Shown: in pieces, positions 8,291 through 16,685 of the stretch
How positions within the stretch are numbered: the first letter of the stretch is position 1
Layout: each line of letters begins with the position of its first letter
DNA from: an uncultured Chloroflexia bacterium
Lineage (GTDB): Bacteria > Chloroflexota > Chloroflexia > Thermomicrobiales > UBA6265
NCBI GenBank assembly: GCA_963724295.1
Contig: CAVRUC010000001.1
Span: 96,001-160,000, forward strand
Reading direction: 5' to 3'
Length of the DNA stretch: 64,000 nt
The notes under the pieces: generated by a model
Database searches by the model: none
Seen by the model: the letters and a program-made list of their open reading frames with translations, nothing else
What the model was told of the DNA's origin: nothing
Position numbers and translations under genes: made by a program

Positions 8291-10288
8291 ATGGATGCGC
8301 TTTTGCTCGCGGCTCGCCTGATCCTGGCCGCGGTGTTCGTGGTATCGGGAGTCTCGAAGCTCTTCGATCTATCGGGGTCGCAGAGCGCCATGCGATCGTT
8401 CGGTGTTCCGGAACGGTTTACCCGGGCCGGGGGGATCGCGCTCCCGATTGTCGAGATCCTCATCGCCGTGCTCCTGATCCCCGCCGCCACGGCGCCTTGG
8501 GGAGCGCTGCTGGCATTGATCCTGTTGGTGGTTTTCGTCGCCGGCATCAGCTACAGCCTGTCCCGCGGCCGCAAATTCGATTGCCACTGTTTCGGACAAC
8601 TGACGACGTCCGAGATCGGTCCGCCGACACTGATCCGGAACGCCGCGCTGGCGGTGCTCGCGGCCTTCGTCACGATCTCCGGCTTTGTCTACGACAATCC
8701 CGGGCCGGCCCTGACTGAGGTGTTCGCGGACCTTGGCGCCTTCGAATGGGTCATGCTCGCCATCGTGGTCATCCTGCTTGCCGCATTGGCCGCTGTCGGT
8801 TGGCTACTCGTCCATCTCCTCGGTCAAAACGGGCGTTTGCTCGTCCGGCTCGACCGGATCGAGGCCGCACTCGAAGAGGCCGACATCGAGATCGCGGGTG
8901 ATGACGATGAAGACGAGGATGAGGAAGAAGAGGGTCTCGCCTTCGGAGCTCCCGCGCCCGCGTTCAGCCTGTCCGGTCTCTATGGGGAGACGATGACGCT
9001 GGACTCCTTGCGCGCGGCCGAGAAGCCGGTGCTCTTGATATTTACCGATCCCGGTTGCGGCCCTTGCAACGCGATGATGGGTGACGTCGGCAAGTGGCAA
9101 CGCGATCTCACCGAAAAGCTCACCATTGCCGTCATCTCGCGCGGGTCGCTGGAGGACAACCGGACCAAGGCAAAGCAGCACAACCTGGCTCGAGTCCTCA
9201 TGCAAAAGGACAACGAAGTAGCCGATGCGTATCAGACCTTTGGGACGCCGACGGCGGTCCTGGTGCGGCCAGACGGGACGATTGGTAGCGCGCCGGCGGG
9301 AGGCGCCGATGCAATTCGTACCCTCGTGAAGCAGGCCGCCGAAGGCAAGGTGCCCGTGCCCAAACCGCGACTCGCCGCACTGCCCCGGCCTGTCAAGGCC
9401 CAACGGCCCGCGGCCAACGCTCAGGCCCCGCGGGGAATCGCCAGCATTGGTAAGGACGCGCCGATTGTCGAGCTGAACAACCTGGACGGCGAAACGGTGA
9501 AGCTGGCTGACTTCGCCGGCCACCCCACGGCAGTGCTGTTCTGGAACCCGGGCTGTGGCTTCTGCCAGCGCATGCTCGACGACCTCAAGGCCTGGGAGTC
9601 TGAAAGGTCCGAAGACGCACCGAAACTCCTGGTGGTCTCCACTGGCGAGGTCGAGCGGAACCGTGAGCTCGGGTTGTCGTCGCCGGTCGTTCTCGATTCC
9701 GGGTTCAATGTCGGACGCGCGTTCGGCGCCAGTGGCACTCCCTCGGCGGTGCTCGTTGGGGCCGATGGCAAGATCGCTTCCGGTCTCGCCGTGGGTGGAC
9801 CAACGGTGATCTCGCTCCTCAACAACGAAGCACCGAACCTCCTCGATGCCTCCGCTGCTGGCGCTGATGAGCCGGATGCGCCTGCCGCGCCACGCGGGAT
9901 TCCAGTTGGCGGCAAAGCGCCGAAGGTGCAGTTGCCGGACCTCGAGGGAAAGGAAGTCAATCTCGACGAGATCCGCAATGGCCGAACGGCGCTCCTCTTC
10001 TGGAATCCGGGCTGTGGGTTCTGCCAGCGACTCGTCGAAGACATCAAGAGCTGGGAGAAAGACCGGCCCGAGAGCGCGCCGCAGCTCGTACTCGTCTCGA
10101 CCGGCGCCCCGGAAGCGAACCGGGAGCATGGCTTCGAGTCGACGATACTGCTGGATCAGGGATTCCGCACCGGCGAAGCGTTCGGCGCCTCGGGAACGCC
10201 GTCCGCGATTCTGATCGACGCCGACGGCAACGTCGCCTCCGGTCTCTCGGTCGGCGGTCCCGACGTGATGAACCTGCTTCGATCCTGA
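8291..10288 (+). CDS. MauE/DoxX membrane domain fused to three thioredoxin-like (TlpA/MauD-type) domains
   Basis: Five hydrophobic segments with DCHCFG; three CxxC sites (DPGCGPC, NPGCGFC, NPGCGFC), each followed by a GTP(T/S)A cis-Pro loop. Confidence 0.85.
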   Translation: MDALLLAARLILAAVFVVSGVSKLFDLSGSQSAMRSFGVPERFTRAGGIALPIVEILIAVLLIPAATAPWGALLALILLVVFVAGISYSLSRGRKFDCHCFGQLTTSEIGPPTLIRNAALAVLAAFVTISGFVYDNPGPALTEVFADLGAFEWVMLAIVVILLAALAAVGWLLVHLLGQNGRLLVRLDRIEAALEEADIEIAGDDDEDEDEEEEGLAFGAPAPAFSLSGLYGETMTLDSLRAAEKPVLLIFTDPGCGPCNAMMGDVGKWQRDLTEKLTIAVISRGSLEDNRTKAKQHNLARVLMQKDNEVADAYQTFGTPTAVLVRPDGTIGSAPAGGADAIRTLVKQAAEGKVPVPKPRLAALPRPVKAQRPAANAQAPRGIASIGKDAPIVELNNLDGETVKLADFAGHPTAVLFWNPGCGFCQRMLDDLKAWESERSEDAPKLLVVSTGEVERNRELGLSSPVVLDSGFNVGRAFGASGTPSAVLVGADGKIASGLAVGGPTVISLLNNEAPNLLDASAAGADEPDAPAAPRGIPVGGKAPKVQLPDLEGKEVNLDEIRNGRTALLFWNPGCGFCQRLVEDIKSWEKDRPESAPQLVLVSTGAPEANREHGFESTILLDQGFRTGEAFGASGTPSAILIDADGNVASGLSVGGPDVMNLLRS

Positions 10289-10309
10289 TCACCGGAGTGC
10301 GGAAATAGA

Positions 10310-10341
10310 AAAACGGGGCGGCCAATCCGGCCGCCCCGTTT
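10310..10341. terminator. Probable bidirectional intrinsic terminator
   Basis: aaacggggcggcc-aatcc-ggccgccccgttt perfect stem between convergent genes. Confidence 0.75.
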
Positions 10342-10355
10342 CCGTTCCGCGAGTG

Positions 10356-10694
10356 CTAGTGACCCAGTCTGCTTTCCGATGGGGGGTGCGGACACGGCTC
10401 GACGTGCCAGATGACTTCCGCGCCAGCGGCGAGGCTGACCTCGGCAAGAAAGTCCGCCAGCCGGTCTCGAGGCACGAAATAGCTATTTTCGTGCGCATGT
10501 AACGCCTCGGATTCGAGGCGGGTTACCACGCGGTAAAACGCAGGAAGCCGCGACCGCTCCTCTGCTGCGGGTCCCACGTGGCGATAGTGATAGCGCGACC
10601 CCCGGGATGCGCTAACCCAATCGACCTCCGCCCAGCCGCTGCCGTCGGGGTTATCGGGTACCCAGAATCGGTCGTCAGCGCCCGAGGTGGCCAT
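10356..10694 (-). CDS. Hypothetical protein (112 aa), translationally coupled to the upstream regulator
   Basis: TAATG stop/start overlap with the MerR-like gene. Confidence 0.7.
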   Translation of the reverse strand: MATSGADDRFWVPDNPDGSGWAEVDWVSASRGSRYHYRHVGPAAEERSRLPAFYRVVTRLESEALHAHENSYFVPRDRLADFLAEVSLAAGAEVIWHVEPCPHPPSESRLGH

Positions 10695-11266
10695 TAGTCC
10701 GGGTCCCGCAACTGCTGGTCGATCAGGATCTCGGACTGCTTCACGATCAGGTCAACGACTTTTTCAAAGGTGTAGTCGCGATTGCGGCCACCCCGCTCCC
10801 GCACGTGTAGCTCGAGGTCCGGGTGAAGCATGACCCGTCGCCAGCGGTCCTCCGGAGGCGCCGTCTCGACTTCGAGCATGGCGGCGAGCTCCGCATCGCG
10901 CATGTCGTGAAGGCGCTGCCGGATCTGCTCCAGCGGGGTGTTGTCCTTCTTGAGCAAACCGATCGCTTTGAGTCTGAGCAGATGCGTTGGGCTGTAGGTG
11001 GCGCCGACACCGCGGCCACGGGCGGCGGGCAGCAGCCCCTCGGTGATGTAGTAACGAATCGTGCGTGCCGAGAGCCCGGTTTGCTCCTCGAGATCGGCCA
11101 TTGTGTAGCGATACGGATCCGCCGACTTGGTCCCGATCGCGGCGCTCCCCACGGGTAGCGAGCCGCCCCGCGGCCGCGACGCATTCGACACGCGTGAGCG
11201 CGACTGCGGCGCTCGTTGCCACCCATCGCCGGGTCGTCCGTCTCGATCGTCGCTTCCCGGCCCCAT
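10694..11266 (-). CDS. MerR-family HTH transcriptional regulator
   Basis: YTMADLEEQTGLSARTIRYYITEGLLP helix-turn-helix; start uncertain. Confidence 0.85.
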   Translation of the reverse strand: MGPGSDDRDGRPGDGWQRAPQSRSRVSNASRPRGGSLPVGSAAIGTKSADPYRYTMADLEEQTGLSARTIRYYITEGLLPAARGRGVGATYSPTHLLRLKAIGLLKKDNTPLEQIRQRLHDMRDAELAAMLEVETAPPEDRWRRVMLHPDLELHVRERGGRNRDYTFEKVVDLIVKQSEILIDQQLRDPD

Positions 11267-11286
11267 ACCCCGCCCCGCAACCGTAC

Positions 11287-11342
11287 TTCTGGGTCACCCA
11301 GAACTCGTGGATGATGACAGTTCCGCTGTCACTATCAGTGTA
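11287..11342 (-). promoter_or_regulatory. Putative -10 element (TACACT) and two palindromes upstream of the MerR-like gene
   Basis: TACACT on the minus strand at 11342-11337; tgacag-ttccg-ctgtca; ttctgggt-c-acccagaa. Confidence 0.4.
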
Positions 11343-11431
11343 GCTCAGGTTGGATACGTGCGGCGGCGCAGTACCATTCGGATTAATGACCGGGCCCGAT
11401 ACCGCGGCCGATCGACGGAGTGATAAGTGGC

Positions 11432-11635
11432 GTGGGCCTCCAGGCGTTGATCTATTTTGGCGTGGCCGGAGGTTCGCTGGCCCTGGCCCTTTCGCTGCTC
11501 TACGCGCGGTACGTGCGCCACGATCCCCAGGCCGTCCGCTCCCGCGGCGGTTTCACGCTCTTTGCGGTCTTCCTGCTCCTGTTTGCGGTGGGAGCCGCTG
11601 CCGCTGGTCTGGTTTCCGCCCAGGCCGGCCGCTAG
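11432..11635 (+). CDS. Small two-helix membrane protein
   Basis: Two hydrophobic segments; GGAG upstream; lies directly before the BtpA-family gene. Confidence 0.55.
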   Translation: MGLQALIYFGVAGGSLALALSLLYARYVRHDPQAVRSRGGFTLFAVFLLLFAVGAAAAGLVSAQAGR

Positions 11636-11667
11636 TGGAAAGCCAGGTCGACGCAGGAGCCGCGGTG

Positions 11668-12453
11668 ATGTTCCGTATCGTCGGCGTGATCCACCTTCCT
11701 CCGCTTCCTGGTTCGGCGCGGGGGCCTTCCGCGCGCCAGATGGCGGCGATTCTGGATGTGGTGCGCCGGGACGCCGCGGCCTGGACCAGCGGAGGCGCAA
11801 ACGCGCTGATCGTCGAAAACTTCGGCGACGTGCCGTTCCACAAGGGAGCTGTCGGCCCGGAAACGATCTCCGCCATGACCCTGGCCGTCTCGCTTGCGGG
11901 CGCCGAGAGCGGACTCCCGGTGGGCGTCAATGTGCTTCGCAACGACGTGGAAGCGGCAGTCGCCATTGCGGCGCTCACCGGCGGCCGATTTGTCCGCGCC
12001 AATGTCTATGCCGGGGCGGCGGTGACCGATCAGGGTCTGATCGAGGGACGGGCCGACGCCGTGCAGGCGCTCATCCGTCGCCTGGACGCTCCGATATCCG
12101 TTTGGGCGGATGTCGATGTCAAACACGCGGCGCCACTGGCCGCGCGGCCGATCAGCGAGCTGGCGGAAGATGCCGTCGAGCGCGGTCTAGCGGCCGCGGT
12201 CATCGTTTCCGGCGCGGGTACCGGGCGCCCCACGGATCCGGCCGACCTGCAGGCGGTGCGGGCTGTCCTACCCGGAACGCCGATCTACGTTGGCAGCGGC
12301 GCGACAGAGGCGACCCTCCCCTCACTTCTGGCGGTTGCCGATGGCGCAATCGTCGGCACGGCGGCAAAGGTCGACGGCATCATCGGCAATCACGTCGATC
12401 CGGACCGCGTCCGAGCACTCGTCGCGGCCGCTCGCGACGTTAGCGGCCGGTAA
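11668..12453 (+). CDS. BtpA/SgcQ family TIM-barrel protein
   Basis: GVIHLPPLPGS, ENFGDVPF, GVNVLRND, ADVDVKHA. Confidence 0.9.
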   Translation: MFRIVGVIHLPPLPGSARGPSARQMAAILDVVRRDAAAWTSGGANALIVENFGDVPFHKGAVGPETISAMTLAVSLAGAESGLPVGVNVLRNDVEAAVAIAALTGGRFVRANVYAGAAVTDQGLIEGRADAVQALIRRLDAPISVWADVDVKHAAPLAARPISELAEDAVERGLAAAVIVSGAGTGRPTDPADLQAVRAVLPGTPIYVGSGATEATLPSLLAVADGAIVGTAAKVDGIIGNHVDPDRVRALVAAARDVSGR

Positions 12454-13252
12454 AGCGCGGCGAGCGCCTCTCCGCGAACGCGGCCAGACCTTCTTCGTAG
12501 TCACTCGTGGTGTCGAGTGCGGCTCGGAGCGCATTGACGGCGCGACGCGCATCGTCAAATGACGTACCGTGACTCTGCCGCAAGTCAATGGCGCGCTTTA
12601 CCGCCCGTACGGCCAGGGGCGCGTTTTCCGCGATCGAGTCCGCAAGCCCGGCGGCACTCTCCAGGACCGACTCTGCTGGTACGAGCCGGTCGACCAGTCC
12701 CAACCGGAACGCCTCCTCGGCCGTTAGCCGGCGCCCGGTGAACAGCAGATCGCGCGCTGTGCCATTGCCGACGATGCGCGGCAGTCGCAGCGCGCCGCCC
12801 GCGCCGGGAAAGATGCCGATCTTCACTTCCGGAAACCCGAATGTGGCATCCTCGCCGGCGACCCGGAGATCGCACGCGATGGCAAGTTCGGCGCCTCCCG
12901 CGAGTGCAAAACCGCGCACAGCCGCGATCGTTGGCATCGGCAAGGCTGCCAGCGCTTCGGCGGCTGCTTCGATCGCCGCCGTATGCGCGGTCCGCTCTCC
13001 CGGGGAGAGCGTTCGCCGCTCTTTGAGGTCGGCGCCGGCACAGAAGGCTCGTTCTCCCGCGCCAGTGACGATGACCACCCAGACGTCGTCCCGATCAGCA
13101 AGGGCAGTGCACGTCGCCAGCAGCTCCGCCGCGAGTTGACGGCTAATGGCATTGAGCGCCTCTGGGCGGTTCAGAGTCAGCGTGGCGACGTGACTTTCGC
13201 CGTCAACCGCCAGCTGCACGGATGGCGAAAGCGCTCCATCTGCTCGGGTCAC
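12440..13252 (-). CDS. Enoyl-CoA hydratase/isomerase
   Basis: LNRPEALNA, AFCAGADLKE, GGAELAIACDLR, FPEVKIG. Confidence 0.92.
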   Translation of the reverse strand: MTRADGALSPSVQLAVDGESHVATLTLNRPEALNAISRQLAAELLATCTALADRDDVWVVIVTGAGERAFCAGADLKERRTLSPGERTAHTAAIEAAAEALAALPMPTIAAVRGFALAGGAELAIACDLRVAGEDATFGFPEVKIGIFPGAGGALRLPRIVGNGTARDLLFTGRRLTAEEAFRLGLVDRLVPAESVLESAAGLADSIAENAPLAVRAVKRAIDLRQSHGTSFDDARRAVNALRAALDTTSDYEEGLAAFAERRSPRFTGR

Positions 13253-13349
13253 GACCGTTTCCCCTCATGCAATCTCGATTCGTCTGGGACGCAGTTTGCC
13301 ATCTCGGCGTCGGTGGCCGTAGGATCGCGCCCCTTGGACGGGCGCCGCG

Positions 13350-14561
13350 ATGGCGAGTGAAACGACCAGTCTGGTGACAGAGAAGCCCGGCGCGACCGGC
13401 ATCGACCCATTTGCGGATCCTCCGCAGATCCTGAGACTGCGGCGAGAGGTCCATGCGCTCTGCATGCGATTCCCGGATGCTTATTGGCGCGATCTCGATC
13501 AACAACGAGCCTATCCGGAGGCGTTCGTGCAGGCGCTGACAGACGCCGGCTGGCTGGCCGCACTCATTCCAGCGCGCTACGGCGGGCTGGGGTACGGCCT
13601 TCAAGAAGCTGCTGCCATCCTGCAAGAGATCAACCAGAGCGGCGGCTACGCCGGTCCCGCCCACGCGCAGATGTACGTGATGGGGACCTTGCTTCGCCAC
13701 GGCTCGGAAGAGCAAAAAGCACGCTACTTGCCGGCGCTGGCGGACGGAACGCTACGCCTGCAGGCCTTCGCGGTCACGGAGCCACGGGCAGGAACGGATA
13801 CGACCCGCATCGAGACCGTCGCCACTCGCGATGGCGACGACTACGTCATCACCGGTCGCAAGATGTTTATCTCCCGAGTTCAGCACTCGGATCTGATGGT
13901 CTTGCTGGCACGCACGTCGCCTCGGGACGATGCTCGTCCCACCGCCGGTCTCAGCCTCTTCCTGATCGACCTGAGGCAGGCCGGCGACCACATCAGTTTG
14001 CGCCGGCTGCCAATGATGATGAACAACGAGACTAACGAGGTGACGATCGAGGGGTTGCGGGTTTCCGGGGATGCGATCATCGGGACCGAAGGCATGGGGT
14101 TCCGGCACATCCTCGATGGCTGGAACGCGGAGCGGATCCTCATCGCCGCCGAATGCGTGGGCGACGGTCGCTGGTTCATCGAGCGGGCGTCAGGGCACGC
14201 GAAGACGCGCGAGGTCTTCGGCCGGCCCATCGGTGCCAACCAGGGCATTCAGTTTCCTCTGGCCATGGCGTGGGCGCAGGTCGAGGCCGCCGATCTGGTG
14301 GCGCGCCGCGCGGCGGCTCGATTCGACGCCCATCTCCCTTGCGGCGCCGAGGCGAACACCGCCAAGCTGCTGGCCTCGGAGGCGAGCTGGGCGGCCGCCA
14401 ACGCCGCCGTCGATACCCTCGGCGGGCACGGGTTCAACGCCGAACGCGATGTCGAGCGGAAGTTCCGCGAGACGCGGCTCTACCGGGTCGCCCCGGTCTC
14501 AAACAATCTGGTGCTGAGCTATCTGGCCCAGCATATCCTGGGTTTGCCGCGGTCGTATTGA
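13350..14561 (+). CDS. Acyl-CoA dehydrogenase family protein
   Basis: AVTEPRAGTD, ITGRKMFIS, REVFGRPIGANQGIQF, LGGHGF. Confidence 0.92.
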   Translation: MASETTSLVTEKPGATGIDPFADPPQILRLRREVHALCMRFPDAYWRDLDQQRAYPEAFVQALTDAGWLAALIPARYGGLGYGLQEAAAILQEINQSGGYAGPAHAQMYVMGTLLRHGSEEQKARYLPALADGTLRLQAFAVTEPRAGTDTTRIETVATRDGDDYVITGRKMFISRVQHSDLMVLLARTSPRDDARPTAGLSLFLIDLRQAGDHISLRRLPMMMNNETNEVTIEGLRVSGDAIIGTEGMGFRHILDGWNAERILIAAECVGDGRWFIERASGHAKTREVFGRPIGANQGIQFPLAMAWAQVEAADLVARRAAARFDAHLPCGAEANTAKLLASEASWAAANAAVDTLGGHGFNAERDVERKFRETRLYRVAPVSNNLVLSYLAQHILGLPRSY

Positions 14562-14569
14562 CCGAGCAA

Positions 14570-15442
14570 CTACCCCTGCCGGGCCCGTCCGGCGGCCTCC
14601 ATGATGGCGCGCCGGGTGAGGCCGCGCGTGACCCGGCGCCGGTATTCGGCAGAGCCATGAAGATCGTCCAGGAAGTCGACCCCGCCATCGACCAGATCGG
14701 CCGCAGCCGCGACGGCGCCATCGTCCAGCCGCTGACCGCGCAGCGCCGCCTCCGTTGCCTCGGCACGCCAGGCGACCGCCGCGGCTCCCGTGACCCCGAT
14801 GCGAACGTCGGCGATCGCGCCCTGGCCGCCGAGGACGACCACGGCGCCGACACCGACGATGGCGTATCCCGACGCCTGGTTCGCCAGTTTCTGGTAGCTC
14901 CAGCCGTGCCCTTCTGCCGGAACCGAAATGCGGACTTCGGTGAGAATCTCGTCCGGCTGCAACGCGGTCGTCAGGAAATCGATAAAGAACTTCCGCCCCG
15001 GAATTTGCCGCTCACCCTGGCTCCCCCTGGCGACAATCGATGCGTCGAGAGCGAGGATCGCTGCAGGATAGTCAGCGGCCGCATCGGCGTGTGCAAGCGC
15101 GCCGCCGATCGTTCCCCGGTTGCGAACCTGCCGGTCGCCAACGCGCGATGCCGTGTCCGCGAGCAGCGGCACCGCGGATCGAATCTGGTCATCGGTCGCG
15201 ATCTGATGATGGGTCGTCAAAGGGCCGATCGCGATTTCGCCATCGGCACGGCGCACCCCGCGCAACTCGGCTATGCGCCCGATGTCGACCAGCGTTTCCG
15301 GCTCCGCCAGACGCAGCTTCATGATGGGAAGCAGGCTGTGGCCACCTGCTATCAGCTTGGCGCCCTCCCCATGCTCCTCTAACAGGGCAATCGCTTCCTC
15401 GACACTTTCGGCGCGTTGGTAGGCAAACTGTGAAGGGTTCAT
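14570..15442 (-). CDS. Molybdenum hydroxylase FAD subunit (CoxM/CutM-like)
   Basis: AGGHSLLPIMKLR, VRNRGTIGG. Confidence 0.92.
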   Translation of the reverse strand: MNPSQFAYQRAESVEEAIALLEEHGEGAKLIAGGHSLLPIMKLRLAEPETLVDIGRIAELRGVRRADGEIAIGPLTTHHQIATDDQIRSAVPLLADTASRVGDRQVRNRGTIGGALAHADAAADYPAAILALDASIVARGSQGERQIPGRKFFIDFLTTALQPDEILTEVRISVPAEGHGWSYQKLANQASGYAIVGVGAVVVLGGQGAIADVRIGVTGAAAVAWRAEATEAALRGQRLDDGAVAAAADLVDGGVDFLDDLHGSAEYRRRVTRGLTRRAIMEAAGRARQG

Positions 15443-15446
15443 CGCA

Positions 15447-15965
15447 CTACCTCGCCTGGGCCGGGTCGCGACTCAGCAGGGGTTCGGGGGTCGCTCCCGC
15501 GGCCAGGGACTTCGCTGCCGTCTGCACCGAGCGCACGATGTTGTGATAACCAGTGCAGCGGCAGATGTTCCCCTCCAATCCGTGCCGGATCGATTCCTCG
15601 CTGGGATCGGGATCGTCCGCGAGAAGCGCGACGGTGGAGAGCACCATCCCCGGGGTGCAGAACCCGCACTGCAGACCATGCTCGTTCCAATAGGCAAGCT
15701 GCACCGGGTGCAATGTCCCAACCGGAGCGAGTCCTTCGATCGTCGTCACCGAGGCGCCGTCGGCCTGGACCGCGAGGATCGTGCAGCTCTTGACCGCCTG
15801 GCCATCCATGAGCACCGTGCAGGCGCCACACTGACTCGTCTCGCAACCAATGTGCGCCCCGGTCAGCGCCAGTTCATTTCGGAGATAGTGCACCAGGAGC
15901 GTCCTGGGCTCGACTTCGGCCCGGCGCTCGACGCCGTTGACCGTCAACGTGATCGGCACGCGCAC
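15447..15965 (-). CDS. Molybdenum hydroxylase 2Fe-2S subunit (CoxS-like)
   Basis: [28 protein letters not shown]. Confidence 0.93.
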   Translation of the reverse strand: MRVPITLTVNGVERRAEVEPRTLLVHYLRNELALTGAHIGCETSQCGACTVLMDGQAVKSCTILAVQADGASVTTIEGLAPVGTLHPVQLAYWNEHGLQCGFCTPGMVLSTVALLADDPDPSEESIRHGLEGNICRCTGYHNIVRSVQTAAKSLAAGATPEPLLSRDPAQAR

Positions 15966-15986
15966 GCGTTACCCCCCGAGTATGAC

Positions 15987-16051
15987 GTCGGTCAGTCGGC
16001 ACGTCGGAACGTAGAGCGTCGTCTACTCACCGACTGACCGACTAACTGACT
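15987..16051. repeat. 8-nt periodic inverted-repeat element
   Basis: gtcggtcagtcgg (15987-15999) is the exact reverse complement of ccgactgaccgac (16030-16042); units ccgactga/ccgactaa/ctgact. Confidence 0.7.
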
Positions 16052-16476
16052 TTCTGTTCCAGACAGGTGAAAAACTGACCGACGATCATCTTTGCCGCGG
16101 GCTGCATCACGCGGCCGCCGACACGGGCCAGGGTGCCGCGCACGTTGGCGTTGCCCGCCCAGTTCACCAGCGTCCCCTCGCCGTCCACCGCAAGATCGAT
16201 CTTGGCGTCGCCGGAAATCTGACCTGCCGGACCCTTCCCTTCGACAGCCATGCGGTACGAGTTTGGTTCGTCCTTTTCGACGATCTTGACACGCCCCTGG
16301 TAGGTGCCACGAATCGCCGCCACGCCGATCTTCATGCGGGCCTCGTACTCTTCGGGACCCACTTCCACCAAATCCTCGGCGCCGGGAAGACACTGTTGCA
16401 AAATCTTTGGATCGAGCAAGAGTTCCCACACGCGCTCACGCGGCGCTGAGAAGCGGTGCTGCCCGCTGATTTCCAT
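16042..16476 (-). CDS. CoxG/SRPBCC family protein
   Basis: MEISGQHRFSAPRERVWELLLDPKILQQCLPG...GTLARVGGRVM. Confidence 0.88.
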   Translation of the reverse strand: MEISGQHRFSAPRERVWELLLDPKILQQCLPGAEDLVEVGPEEYEARMKIGVAAIRGTYQGRVKIVEKDEPNSYRMAVEGKGPAGQISGDAKIDLAVDGEGTLVNWAGNANVRGTLARVGGRVMQPAAKMIVGQFFTCLEQKVS

Positions 16477-16685
16477 GTGCGCGAAGCTCCTCGTTTGGCG
16501 CGGCCAGACCGCGTCGTTCCGATCACCCGTTGATACGACGGTGTCGGAAACAGTCTGGGAGTCTAGCACGCTGCCGTCAGGACCCGGCTTTCGACAGCGG
16601 CTCAGGTTTCCACGATAATCGATTGAACCTACATCCGGGGCCAGGCGAGTCTGTCGGGCCGAATCGACGAGAGGAATGGCCATCC

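Noticed and set aside
8291..10288. Methylamine dehydrogenase (mau) gene cluster
   Set aside because: No mauA, mauB or mauG-like genes recognised nearby.
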